Positions 1-9,501 of a stretch of DNA of 64,000 nucleotides are shown piece after piece. Under the pieces are notes generated by a model, which was given only the letters and a program-made list of their open reading frames with translations, was not told the origin of the DNA and searched no databases. Position 1 is the stretch's first letter. Each line of letters begins with the position of its first letter. Position numbers and translations under genes: made by a program. The stretch spans positions 128,001-192,000 of the forward strand of contig CAWCXJ010000008.1 of NCBI GenBank assembly GCA_963799485.1, read 5' to 3'. This DNA comes from an uncultured Trueperaceae bacterium (GTDB taxonomy: Bacteria; Deinococcota; Deinococci; Deinococcales; Trueperaceae).

Positions 1-75
1 GGCATGATGTCGGGCGGGATGATGTCGGGTGGCATGATGTCGGGCGGGATGATGTCGGGGGGCAGCATGATGGGT
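1..75 (+). repeat. 15-bp coding tandem repeat (GMMSG)n with 30-bp higher-order pattern
   Basis: ggcatgatgtcgggc/gggatgatgtcgggt alternate. Confidence 0.9.
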
Positions 76-453
76 CAGCCCTTCGAGGTTTCGCTCTCAG
101 GCGACAACGAAGTTCCACCTGTGACGACTAACGCAACCGGCAGCGCGACTGCGGCCCTGATGGGCGACACCATGACGTTAAATGGTGACTTTTCCGACCT
201 GAGCAGCCCGGTCGTTGAAATTGCCGGTACCCCCGCGCACATTCACTTGGGCGCAGCCGGCGAAAACGGCGACGTTATCTTCCCGCTGAACGTCAGCGTC
301 GACGAAGGGCAAACCAGCGGTATCTTCAGCCTCTCGACGACCCTGACCCAAGACCAGATCGACGCCTTTAACGCCGGTAACTTGTACATCAACATCCACA
401 CCGAGATGAACCAGGGTGGCGAGCTTCGCGGGCAGATTACGCCCGGAATGTAG
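1..453 (+). CDS. CHRD-domain protein with N-terminal MMSGG repeats (5'-partial)
   Basis: CHRD motifs LSGDNEVPPV, AHIH, LYINIHT..GGELRGQI; frame open at window edge. Confidence 0.85.
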   Translation, partial: GMMSGGMMSGGMMSGGMMSGGSMMGQPFEVSLSGDNEVPPVTTNATGSATAALMGDTMTLNGDFSDLSSPVVEIAGTPAHIHLGAAGENGDVIFPLNVSVDEGQTSGIFSLSTTLTQDQIDAFNAGNLYINIHTEMNQGGELRGQITPGM

Positions 454-473
454 TTTCGCTTCATCGTCAAGCG

Positions 474-497
474 GGCGGCCTGCGGGTCGCCTTTTTT
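474..497 (+). terminator. intrinsic terminator
   Basis: ggcggcc-tgcg-ggtcgcc followed by T6. Confidence 0.8.
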
Positions 498-553
498 ATT
501 GTCGCACCGCCCAGACCCAAATTGATGACACCTTTACGCCTATAGTCAAAGGT

Positions 554-1489
554 ATGACGACCCGGACTTTGGAACAAATCGAACTCGGCGGTGTTAAACA
601 GTGGCTTTTAATTAGAGGAGACGCGCAGCAGCCTATCTTGCTCGTGTTACACGGTGGCCCCGGCAGTGCTGAAATTGCTACCGCCAGCCGTTACCAGCGT
701 GAGCTAGAGAAACACTTTCTGGTCGTCAACTGGGATCAGCGCGGAGCCGGAAAGTCTTACGGCGGGGTTGCTCTGAGCATCGCGCAACTTGTCGCCGACG
801 CGACCGAACTCATCAAGCTCCTGCTGGCGCGCTTCGGCAGGCACAAGCTGTATCTGTTCGGTCACTCGTGGGGGAGTGTGCTCGGTCTTTTGGTGACGCA
901 CAGGGCTTCCGAACTCGTTTACGGCTATATCGGCGTCGGTCAGCTTGTAGACACCGCTGAAAACGAACGATTATCTTTTGAATATGTACAAAAACGCGCG
1001 CGGCAAACCGGAAACCGGCTGGCGCTGACGCAACTGCGCCGTAACGGTTCACCTCCTTACGGGAGTAATGTTCAGGCACTCCTTACGCAGCGTGCGTGGC
1101 TCTACGTGTACCGGGGCTTTTTCTACTCGCGGCGCAAAGCGCTACGTTACGCCCTGGCTTTCTTGCTGTCTGAGACCTACAGCTTGAGGGACAAACTGCA
1201 CTACTCTCAGCGGCTTCGAGCTTCGCTCAGGCAGCTTTGGCCCGGTTTGGAAGCCGTCAATCTCTCTGCTACCGTTCCCCGCGTAGAGGTTCCGATACTC
1301 TTTTGCCTGGGAAAATACGATATGACGACCCCCTCGGCTTTAGCAGCGCGGTATTTTGAGACGCTTGCTGCGCCCGGCAAACAGCTGACGTGGTTTAACG
1401 CCTCGGCGCACTGCCCGAACCTCGAAGAACCCCGAAAATTTGCGGCGGTAATTTTGGCCTGGACGAAACAATTAGAAACGAATTATTAG
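554..1489 (+). CDS. alpha/beta hydrolase (proline iminopeptidase-like)
   Basis: HGGPG, WDQRGAGKS, GHSWG nucleophile elbow, SAH; leaderless TATAGT at 541-546 supports ATG 554. Confidence 0.85.
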   Translation: MTTRTLEQIELGGVKQWLLIRGDAQQPILLVLHGGPGSAEIATASRYQRELEKHFLVVNWDQRGAGKSYGGVALSIAQLVADATELIKLLLARFGRHKLYLFGHSWGSVLGLLVTHRASELVYGYIGVGQLVDTAENERLSFEYVQKRARQTGNRLALTQLRRNGSPPYGSNVQALLTQRAWLYVYRGFFYSRRKALRYALAFLLSETYSLRDKLHYSQRLRASLRQLWPGLEAVNLSATVPRVEVPILFCLGKYDMTTPSALAARYFETLAAPGKQLTWFNASAHCPNLEEPRKFAAVILAWTKQLETNY

Positions 1490-1932
1490 TTCAAGTCACC
1501 CAACTGCTTAATCTCTTCAATAAACCGGTCGACCGAATCGAAGTCGCGGTAGACGCTTAAAAACCGGATATACGCCACATCGTCCAGACTTTTTAAGAAC
1601 CTGAGCGCCTTGACGCCGATGTCTTCGGCCTGCACTTCGGGGCTTTGTACGGCGTCTTCAAAGGTGTAGGCGAATTCGCGGAGCTGTTTTTCGGTGACGG
1701 GGCGCTTGTTGCACGCGATGCGGAGTTTCTGCAAAAGCTTATCGGGGTTAAACGCCTCGCGCCGCCCGGAACGTTTGACGACCATCAGCGCCTCGAACTG
1801 GGCGCGCTCGTAGGTAGTAAAACGGCGGCTGCAGACCGCACACTCGCGCCGCCGCCGAATCGAACTCCCCTCGTCGCTGGGACGCGAGTTGACGACGCGG
1901 GTATCATCCGAAGAGCAAAACGGGCAGTTCAT
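1486..1932 (-). CDS. nrdR: transcriptional repressor NrdR
   Basis: MNCPFC..IRRRRECxxCxxRFTTYE zinc ribbon, ATP-cone, VAYIRFxSVY. Confidence 0.97.
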   Translation of the reverse strand: MNCPFCSSDDTRVVNSRPSDEGSSIRRRRECAVCSRRFTTYERAQFEALMVVKRSGRREAFNPDKLLQKLRIACNKRPVTEKQLREFAYTFEDAVQSPEVQAEDIGVKALRFLKSLDDVAYIRFLSVYRDFDSVDRFIEEIKQLGDLN

Positions 1933-1973
1933 AGTGTGCAGTTCACAGTGTCGGATTCACAGGTGAAGTGTCG

Positions 1974-2807
1974 CTACCACGTGGTATCGATTACGTTGTT
2001 CAGGTCGCGTTCCGCCTCGTCTTCTGTCAGCTCGTCGTCAGCGTCGTTTTCGTCCAGCTCATCTTCTGCAAGCTCGTCTTCGTCGTAGAGGCTGGCCTCG
2101 AGGTCGTCCTGGCGCACATTGATGTCTAGCGCGGCCCTCACCTCAGGTAACAGCGACTCGATGTCTTTGGGCGGCGGCGGCAACGTCACGTAAAACCGCT
2201 GGCCCGAAAGCCCGGTCTCGCGCGCGCCCAGATACATCACATTTTCTACGAGCGCCGCGTCGTGTTTGGGGTCTGAGGCGCTCCGTGAAGGTACCGCGAC
2301 GTTGACGCTAAGGCTTTCGGCGCGTGACTCGAAGCCGGTCGCCATCCGGGTAATCGCCCCGCGCACCGCGACCATGTGCGGTTCGGCGGCAGACCTGGGC
2401 GGTGAGACGATGACTACCCAGGCGTCTTCTAACAAGCGGGCAGCGGATTTGAGTACCAGAAAGGTGCTTTTGAGGTTTTCGTCTAACAGCTCGCTAAATT
2501 CGCCCTCACCGAGTTCGTTGAAGTTCGTATTGCTTTCAAACGCCGCGACGTGAACGACGCCGGAAAGGTCGCCGAAGATTTCAAAAACCTTGTCGAAGGT
2601 ACCCCGCACCTCGCTCTGCACCGACATATCGGCCTGAATGGGGATCGCCTGACCCCCCAGTTCTTCGATTTCGGCTGCCGTCTTCGAGGCGAGGATCACG
2701 TCTTTGTCGGCGCACACGACATCAAAATCAGCCTGCCCATAGGCGAGCGCGATGGCCCGACCGAACCCTTGACCGACGTTGGTGATTAAAACGACACTTA
2801 CGCCCAC
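1974..2807 (-). CDS. SDR-fold protein, degenerate active site, acidic C-terminal tail
   Basis: VLITNVGQGFGRAIA Rossmann motif, IQADMS; YxxxK absent. Confidence 0.75.
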   Translation of the reverse strand: MGVSVVLITNVGQGFGRAIALAYGQADFDVVCADKDVILASKTAAEIEELGGQAIPIQADMSVQSEVRGTFDKVFEIFGDLSGVVHVAAFESNTNFNELGEGEFSELLDENLKSTFLVLKSAARLLEDAWVVIVSPPRSAAEPHMVAVRGAITRMATGFESRAESLSVNVAVPSRSASDPKHDAALVENVMYLGARETGLSGQRFYVTLPPPPKDIESLLPEVRAALDINVRQDDLEASLYDEDELAEDELDENDADDELTEDEAERDLNNVIDTTW

Positions 2808-2917
2808 GACGTTTAAGCATACAGGTTTTTGCGCCTTCGGGTAAGCTGTTCGTTTCCCACACGTCGGTTTGAAGGTGTCCCCTGTTAGAATAGGGCTATG
2901 ACCGTTAGGAACACCTC

Positions 2918-3808
2918 ATGGCGCTAGAGCGGTGGTTTCGCCGTAAACGTCCGACCAGGGCCGACGACGACCCCAGTCCCGCCGGGTTGTGGCTCAAATG
3001 CGAAGAGTGCAGCGCCCAAATCTACCGCAAAGATTTAGAGGCCAACCTCTATCTCTGCACCGAATGCGGGCACCACTACCGGATGCCCGCCGACGCGCGT
3101 GTGGCGATGCTCGCCGACGAGGGCACCTTCGAGCGTTGGTCGGGCGAGATTCGGGCTACCGACCCGTTGTCGTTCGAAGACACCGAGCCTTACCCGGAGC
3201 GGCTGATGCGGGCGTCCGACAAACAAAAACGCCCCGACGCCATCCTGACGGGCGCAGCGACAATTGACGGGCAGCCGGTTGCGCTCTCGGTCATGGACTT
3301 CTTTTTCGCCGGGGGTTCAATGGGGTCGGTCGTCGGCGAAGAGATTGCCAGGGCCGCCGAACGTGCTGCCGACGAAGGGCGGGCACTCGTTTCCGTGGCT
3401 GCGTCGGGGGGCGCGCGGATGCAGGAGGGTGCCCTGTCGCTGATGCAGATGGCGAAGACGACCGTGGCCTTAGAGACACTTTCGCGCGCCAAACTTCCCT
3501 ATATCAGCGTCTTGACCGACCCCACGACGGGCGGCGTTACGGCGAGTTTTGCGACGCTTGGGGACATCATCGTCTCCGAGCCGCAGGCGCTGATCTGTTT
3601 TGCGGGGCCGCGCGTGATTCAGCAGACCATCAAGCAAGACCTGCCGCCGGGGTTTCAGCGCGCCGAGTTTTTGCTGCAAAAAGGGATGCTCGACGATGTG
3701 GTAAAACGCTCCGAACTCAAGGTGCGGCTGGCGCTCTATTTGGGGCTTCTGCGCGACACCCTGAACTCGGATGTAGCGGGGGGTGAACCGCGTGGCGCTG
3801 CCGTTTGA
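2918..3808 (+). CDS. accD: acetyl-CoA carboxylase carboxyltransferase beta subunit
   Basis: LWLKC zinc finger, [30 protein letters not shown]. Confidence 0.97.
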   Translation: MALERWFRRKRPTRADDDPSPAGLWLKCEECSAQIYRKDLEANLYLCTECGHHYRMPADARVAMLADEGTFERWSGEIRATDPLSFEDTEPYPERLMRASDKQKRPDAILTGAATIDGQPVALSVMDFFFAGGSMGSVVGEEIARAAERAADEGRALVSVAASGGARMQEGALSLMQMAKTTVALETLSRAKLPYISVLTDPTTGGVTASFATLGDIIVSEPQALICFAGPRVIQQTIKQDLPPGFQRAEFLLQKGMLDDVVKRSELKVRLALYLGLLRDTLNSDVAGGEPRGAAV

Positions 3809-4745
3809 AAAACCCATCGACGACCTCGCCGCCCGGATAGAGGACATGCGCGCCTACGCCGCCGAGCAGGAGATCGACCTGTCCGAAGAGATTGCGCTTT
3901 TGGAGGGGCGGTTGGGGGGCCTCCAGCGCGACATATTTGAAAACCTCACGCGCTGGCAACGGGTTCAGGTGGCGCGCGCGCCGGGTCGTCCGACGGCGCT
4001 CGACTATATCGGCAGCGTGTTTGAAAGCTTTACCGAACTTCACGGCGACCGCACCCTCGGTGACGATAGCGCGATGGTCACCGGACTCGGGCGTTTGGGG
4101 GAGCACAGCGTCGTCGTTATCGGGCAGCAAAAGGGCCGCGACACCAAAGAAAATATCGGGCGCAATTTCGGCATGGCGCACCCGTCGGGCTACCGCAAGG
4201 CGATGCGGATGTTCGAGCTGGCCGACAAGTTCAGCCTGCCGGTCGTCACGCTCATCGACACACCGGGCGCGTATCCGGGTGTTGCCGCCGAAGAGCAGGG
4301 GCAGGCGTGGGTCATTGCCGAGAGCATTCAGCGGATGAGTCGGCTCAAGGTTCCGGCAGTCGCCCTCGTGATCGGTGAGGGCGGGTCGGGCGGCGCGCTC
4401 GCGGTCGGTGTCGCCAACCGAGTTCTGATCTTGGAAAACGCCATCTATTCGGTGATCAGCCCCGAATCGTGCGCGGCAATCTTGTGGCGCGACGCGTCGC
4501 AAGCTCCTAAAGCCGCTGAAGCGCTTAAACTCACGGCTTACGATCTACTCGAGCTGAACATCGTCGACAGTGTAATTAAAGAACCCGTCGGCGGCGCGCA
4601 CCGCGACCCGGCGGCGACGATTCGGTGTGTGGCGGCGCGTTTGGCAGAAGAGCTCAGCGCGCTTGCCGATATGTCCGAAACGGAGCTTTTAGAACAGCGG
4701 TACGCGCGGTTTCGCAATCTGGGGCGGCTCGAGGCCATAACTTGA
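3783..4745 (+). CDS. accA: acetyl-CoA carboxylase carboxyltransferase alpha subunit
   Basis: [44 protein letters not shown]. Confidence 0.97.
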   Translation: MNRVALPFEKPIDDLAARIEDMRAYAAEQEIDLSEEIALLEGRLGGLQRDIFENLTRWQRVQVARAPGRPTALDYIGSVFESFTELHGDRTLGDDSAMVTGLGRLGEHSVVVIGQQKGRDTKENIGRNFGMAHPSGYRKAMRMFELADKFSLPVVTLIDTPGAYPGVAAEEQGQAWVIAESIQRMSRLKVPAVALVIGEGGSGGALAVGVANRVLILENAIYSVISPESCAAILWRDASQAPKAAEALKLTAYDLLELNIVDSVIKEPVGGAHRDPAATIRCVAARLAEELSALADMSETELLEQRYARFRNLGRLEAIT

Positions 4746-4919
4746 GTTCTTCTGCCTGCTGAAGTATCTGTATATTTTGCAAGTGAGATGTCAGAGTAAG
4801 AGACGTTTGCGAAACATGGGCAAAGATGCCCTGAGTGCTCGAGGTGCCTCCAGCCGGGTATAACGCCGGTACAGCTCAGCTGCTTGCAACCTCGTTTCTG
4901 CAATTTACAGGGCTTGAGT

Positions 4920-5900
4920 TCATAGGGCTGATTCGTCGCCGGACTCGAGCCAGCTACACTCTTCTTCACTGAGCTCGAGGTTGAGCGCCCCTATATTGGC
5001 CGCGAATTCCGCGCCGCTGTTACACCCGACCAGCGCGTAAATATCGAGCGGTTGACTCGTCACGTAGGCGAGCGCGAGTTGCGGCAGTGACACACCCTTG
5101 TCTTGCGCCAGCGTTTCGGCGCGCTCCAAGCGCCTGAAGTTCTCTTCGTAGCAGTACGAGCCGACGCAGAGCTTGTCCAGATAAGACGTAAACGTATCCA
5201 GATTATCGCGGCGAAACCGCCCGGAAAAAAAACCGCCCGCCAGACTCGACCAGGTTAAGAGCGGCGTTCCCTGCTCTTGATACCACGCCCGCGCCGCCTC
5301 TCCGGACGGCCCGCCGATACTCACACACCCCGGCCACGGCTCCTCTACCTGCTCAGCCAAACTGAAGTTCGGACTGCTTACGGCAAAAGGCGTCAGGCCG
5401 TGCTCGGCGGCGTAACGGTTCGCTTCTTCAAAACGCGCCTGCGACCAATTCGACGCGCCGAAGGCCCGCAGCTTGCCACTTTTTTTATGTTCATTTAAGA
5501 CCTCCACAATCGGCCCGACCGGAACTCCCGGGTCGTCGCGGTGCAGAACGTAGAGGTCGATGTGGTCGAAGCCGAAGCGAGAGAGCGAATCGTGCAGGTC
5601 GGCGGTGACGTCAAACGGCGTGACCCGTTTGCGGTCGGCGTTGTGATGTGCGCCCTTGGCAACGATGACCACCTCGTCGCGGAGCCCGCGCTCGCGCACC
5701 CAGCGCCCGACCGTGCGCTCGTTGTCGCCGTCGCCGTAAACGTGCGCGGTGTCGAACGTCGTACAACCGAGTGCGAACACCTCGTCGAGCAGCCTGAACG
5801 ACCGCGCTGCTTCGGCGGAACTCACCATCACCGTGCCCTGAACGAGCCTCGAGACCCGTTTGTCCAAACCGGGCAGTGTACCGTAAAGCATGTCCGTCAC
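4920..5900 (-). CDS. aldo/keto reductase
   Basis: FDTAHVYG, IDLYVLHRDD, FGASNW; AGGAG RBS. Confidence 0.92.
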   Translation of the reverse strand: MTDMLYGTLPGLDKRVSRLVQGTVMVSSAEAARSFRLLDEVFALGCTTFDTAHVYGDGDNERTVGRWVRERGLRDEVVIVAKGAHHNADRKRVTPFDVTADLHDSLSRFGFDHIDLYVLHRDDPGVPVGPIVEVLNEHKKSGKLRAFGASNWSQARFEEANRYAAEHGLTPFAVSSPNFSLAEQVEEPWPGCVSIGGPSGEAARAWYQEQGTPLLTWSSLAGGFFSGRFRRDNLDTFTSYLDKLCVGSYCYEENFRRLERAETLAQDKGVSLPQLALAYVTSQPLDIYALVGCNSGAEFAANIGALNLELSEEECSWLESGDESAL

Positions 5901-6311
5901 TATATTTCTCCTGTCGTGCAGCCGGGGTCGAGTTTCTCAAAGTAGCCCAAGCTCCATTTCCACACAGCCTACACCAGCGAAACGCCACCAAGACGGGCGC
6001 AGCCTAAAAACCGTTGCCAAGCGGCTCGTTTTGGTTGCGAGCGTCGGTTAGCTCCCCCGGCACCGGGGAGCGCTTTGTCTATACTGGATACTTGCAAGGG
6101 TGCGCGCTGCTTCGAGCCTGCGCTGCTTGCCCGAATGTTTAAGCCCGACTTGAATTTCAACGCGTAAACTCTTGGGTAAACCGTAAGCTGACCCCGGGGC
6201 TCGAGCCTACAACCGGTCTCGAGCCTGCAACCGGTGTCCGTTCGGTAACGCCTCAGCTTGAAGCAGTCGCGTAGATATGTAAACATCACCCTTGAAGATG
6301 GAGGTTTGACA

Positions 6312-7196
6312 GTGGCAGATACTGGTACGACAGACTACGCACACCCCGAAGTCTTGGTAACGACCGATTGGGTCGCCGAGCATCAAAACGACCCGGACGT
6401 TCGGATTATGGACGTCAGTGAAGACGTCCTTTTGTACGAGACCGGACACATCCCCGGCGCAGTTAAAATCGACTGGTTGGGCGACCTTTGGGACGACACC
6501 ATCCGCGAGTTTATTCAACCGGGCGAACTTGCCGAGCTGTTTGGGCGTCTGGGCGTTTCAAACGATACGACGATTGTGCTTTACGGCGATAAAAACAACT
6601 GGTGGGCGTCTTACGCGTTCTGGTTTTTTCGCTACAGCGGGCACGAAAACCTCAAACTGATGAACGGGGGCCGCGCCAAGTGGACGGCGGAAAACCGCCC
6701 CTTGACGACCGAAGCCCCGGACATCGAACCAGGCTCGTACACACCGGGCCAGCGCGACCCCGCGTTACGGGCTTTCAAAGACGATGTTTTGAAGCACCTC
6801 GAGAAAGTCGAAGCCGGAACCGGCGCGATGGTCGATGTGCGGAGCCCCGGCGAGTTTTCGGGCGAGGTCACGCACATGCCCGACTATCCGCAAGAAGGCG
6901 TTTTGCGTGGTGGTCATATCCCCGGCGCCCAGAGCATCCCCTGGGCGCAAGCGGTCGCCGCCGACGGAACTTTCAAAAGCGCCGATGAACTCCGCGAGCT
7001 GTACGAACCCAAAGGCGTGACCGGCGACAAAGAGATCATTGCCTACTGCCGCATCGCCGAACGCAGCTCGCACAGCTGGTTTGTGCTGAAGTACCTGCTC
7101 GGTTTTGAGAACGTAAAAAATTACGACGGCTCGTGGACGGAGTGGGGCAACAGCGTCGGGGTACCGATTGAAAAGGGCGAAGCGAAGCAGAGTTAA
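6312..7196 (+). CDS. thiosulfate sulfurtransferase (tandem rhodanese, CysA/SseA-like)
   Basis: GHIPGA x2, active-site [23 protein letters not shown]. Confidence 0.95.
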   Translation: MADTGTTDYAHPEVLVTTDWVAEHQNDPDVRIMDVSEDVLLYETGHIPGAVKIDWLGDLWDDTIREFIQPGELAELFGRLGVSNDTTIVLYGDKNNWWASYAFWFFRYSGHENLKLMNGGRAKWTAENRPLTTEAPDIEPGSYTPGQRDPALRAFKDDVLKHLEKVEAGTGAMVDVRSPGEFSGEVTHMPDYPQEGVLRGGHIPGAQSIPWAQAVAADGTFKSADELRELYEPKGVTGDKEIIAYCRIAERSSHSWFVLKYLLGFENVKNYDGSWTEWGNSVGVPIEKGEAKQS

Positions 7197-7210
7197 GCTT
7201 CAGACGATAG

Positions 7211-7237
7211 AGGCCGGGGGAGACTCCGGCTTTTGTT
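7211..7237 (+). terminator. intrinsic terminator
   Basis: gccgggg-aga-ctccggc + ttttgtt. Confidence 0.7.
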
Positions 7238-7248
7238 ATGCTCCTTAA

Positions 7249-7644
7249 ATGGCAATTCGTTATCGAGAACCGTGTGAAGGTGTTACCGATAAGCACTTGC
7301 AAGGCAGCTTTTTTGTCGGCTGGTGGAAACCACGCACTCCTGCCGAGCATCTGGCTATCTTGCAAAATAGCGATTACATCGTGCTGGCACTGGATGACGA
7401 TACCGGGCAAGTCGTAGGTTTCGTTACTGTGCTGACCGACGGTATACAAGCGGCTTTCGTCTCGTTGCTAGAGGTACTTCCTGATTTTCAGGAACGTGGA
7501 ATCGGCAGTGTACTTATGGGAAAGGTCATCGAAAGGTTTGGGCATCTGCCTGCCTTAGACCTGACTTGTGACCCTCAGCTACAAGCGTTTTACGCCCGCT
7601 TTGGGATGCAACCCTCAACAGGTGCTATCTTACGAAATTATTAG
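7249..7644 (+). CDS. GNAT N-acetyltransferase
   Basis: LEVLPDFQERGIGS motif A; leaderless TATGCT. Confidence 0.9.
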   Translation: MAIRYREPCEGVTDKHLQGSFFVGWWKPRTPAEHLAILQNSDYIVLALDDDTGQVVGFVTVLTDGIQAAFVSLLEVLPDFQERGIGSVLMGKVIERFGHLPALDLTCDPQLQAFYARFGMQPSTGAILRNY

Positions 7645-7652
7645 GAGACCCC

Positions 7653-8039
7653 ATGAACCTCGAGCACGTCGCCGTAAACCTCCCCGACCCGCAAGCCGCC
7701 GCTACCTGGTACGCCGAAAACCTGGGTCTAAAGATTGTCAAAGCTTCCGACACGGAACCTTTCGTGCACTTTTTAGCTGACGACTCCGGGAGTATGCTCG
7801 AGTTCTACAACAATCCGCTCGGCGCGGTTCCCGATTACGCCGGCATGAGCCCCTTTACGCTGCATCTGGCGTTCTCCGCCGAGGACATCGAAGCGGTGTG
7901 GGAACGGCTGCTCGCGGCCGGGGCCACCGCAGAAGGAGAGCTCGAGACGACCCCCGCAGGCGACCGCATCGTCTTTTTACGTGACCCGTGGGGCGTGAGC
8001 CTGCAACTCGTCAGCCGCCGTAAACCTCTCCAGCCGTAA
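7653..8039 (+). CDS. VOC/glyoxalase family protein
   Basis: LEHVAVN, HLAF, FLRDPWG. Confidence 0.9.
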   Translation: MNLEHVAVNLPDPQAAATWYAENLGLKIVKASDTEPFVHFLADDSGSMLEFYNNPLGAVPDYAGMSPFTLHLAFSAEDIEAVWERLLAAGATAEGELETTPAGDRIVFLRDPWGVSLQLVSRRKPLQP

Positions 8040-8053
8040 ACCTCTCTAGGAGT

Positions 8054-8083
8054 AAAAAACCTACCGTTTGGGGGAACGGTAGG
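8054..8083 (-). terminator. intrinsic terminator of candidate sRNA
   Basis: 9-bp stem cctaccgtt/aacggtagg; U6 tract on the minus strand only. Confidence 0.75.
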
Positions 8084-8125
8084 AAGCTCAGCGCTTAATC
8101 ATGACGTTTGGCCGGTCGCGCTTAC
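8054..8125 (-). ncRNA. candidate small RNA (~72 nt)
   Basis: minus-strand -10 TATTCT (8132-8137) with upstream direct-repeat box and minus-oriented terminator, between two plus-strand genes. Confidence 0.6.
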
Positions 8126-8131
8126 GGAGTG

Positions 8132-8164
8132 AGAATAACGCGGACGGTCTAACAAGATTCTTAC
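8132..8164 (-). promoter_or_regulatory. GTAAG-N6-GTTAG-N11-TATTCT promoter
   Basis: same geometry as sites at 33239, 33323, 41030. Confidence 0.7.
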
Positions 8165-8241
8165 AAAAGCTAAAACGGGCAGCTCTCTGCGCTGACCAAG
8201 TGGCGACTTAGCGGTCGCCCGGAAGCAGGTACAGTGACCTT

Positions 8242-9501
8242 ATGAGACCGCGTGTTCTAATCATCGGTGGGGGCGCTGCCGGGTTTTTTGCGGCGATTAC
8301 CTGCGCCGAGGCCCATCCCGAAGTGCGGGTTACGCTCCTCGAGCGGAGCGCGCAGCCGCTCGGCAAGGTTCGCATCTCCGGCGGCGGTCGTTGTAACGTC
8401 ACGCACGACCTGCCCGACCCGGCGCAGTTCGTAACGAACTATCCGAGAGGCGCTAAAGCGCTGCGCGGGCCGCTGAGCCGTTTTGGCGCCAGGGAGACGG
8501 CCCTGTGGTTTGCCGGAAGAGGCGTCGCCCTCAAAACCGAAGCCGACGGGCGGATGTTTCCCGAATCGAACACATCGGAGACTGTGGTGAACTGTCTTAT
8601 GGCGGCGGCAAGGGCCGCCGGGGTAGCGCTTCGTACCGGCGCGGCGGTGCGTTCACTTACGGTTTCCCAACGCACCCGGGCGCGTTTTACGGCGACGCTT
8701 AAAGACGGCGAGGCGTTTACGGCTGAACGGGTGCTGCTCGCCACCGGGAGCAATCCGCAAGTTTACGGCTGGCTGGCAGCGCTCGGTCACGAGATCGTCC
8801 CGCCCGTACCGTCGCTTTTTACTTTCAAGGTGGAAGACCCCAGATTGGCGGGACTTGCCGGGGTTTCAGTACCGGACGCCGAGGTGGTGTTGGAAGGGAC
8901 GGCGCTCAGGCAACGCGGCCCGCTGCTCGTTACCCATTGGGGACTTTCGGGTCCGGCGGTTCTGAAACTCTCCGCGTGGGGTGCGCGCGAACTGCACGGC
9001 TACGATTACCGCGCGCCTCTCCGGGTCAACTGGCTTCCCGAGCTGCGCCTAGAAGCGGTGCGCGAGGGGTTGCGCGACTGTAAAAACACCCAGCCGCGTA
9101 AAACGGTCGCCGGCACCCCGCTATTTGGTTTACCCGGACGGTTGTGGGCCTCGCTCGTCGGTGCGGCGGGCCTTTCCGAACGCTGGGCGGACGTTTCCAA
9201 GGCGCAGCTGGCGCGGCTGGGGGGCGAGCTTCAGCACGGGCGTTTCGAGGTTACGGGTAAAGGCGTGTTCAAAGAGGAGTTCGTCACCTGCGGCGGCGTA
9301 AGCCTCGACGAGGTGAACTTTCGGACGATGGAGAGCCGGGTTTGTCCGGGACTTTATCTTGCCGGTGAGCTTCTGGACGTTGACGGGGTGACGGGCGGGT
9401 TCAACTTTCAAAACGCCTGGGCGACGGGTTATCTGGCAGGTCGGGCGGTAGCCGAGTCGGTTTCGCGGCTCGAACCGGCGCTTGACGTAGCGCTGGCCTG
9501 A
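8242..9501 (+). CDS. HI0933/BaiN-family flavoprotein
   Basis: GGGAAG, KVRISGGGRCNVT, VTCGGV, GGFNFQNAW. Confidence 0.95.
   Translation: MRPRVLIIGGGAAGFFAAITCAEAHPEVRVTLLERSAQPLGKVRISGGGRCNVTHDLPDPAQFVTNYPRGAKALRGPLSRFGARETALWFAGRGVALKTEADGRMFPESNTSETVVNCLMAAARAAGVALRTGAAVRSLTVSQRTRARFTATLKDGEAFTAERVLLATGSNPQVYGWLAALGHEIVPPVPSLFTFKVEDPRLAGLAGVSVPDAEVVLEGTALRQRGPLLVTHWGLSGPAVLKLSAWGARELHGYDYRAPLRVNWLPELRLEAVREGLRDCKNTQPRKTVAGTPLFGLPGRLWASLVGAAGLSERWADVSKAQLARLGGELQHGRFEVTGKGVFKEEFVTCGGVSLDEVNFRTMESRVCPGLYLAGELLDVDGVTGGFNFQNAWATGYLAGRAVAESVSRLEPALDVALA

Noticed and set aside
416..553. N-terminal extension of the hydrolase ORF
   Set aside because: It crosses the CHRD stop and terminator; the leaderless promoter supports ATG 554.
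3717..4502. Long antisense ORFs (also 17651-18376, 43311-43922, 56212-57018)
   Set aside because: Shadow frames of well-supported high-GC genes, with no motifs.
5950..6300. Short ORFs in the AKR-rhodanese intergenic region
   Set aside because: No RBS or domain signal; the repeated peptide just reflects an 18-bp CTCGAG duplication.
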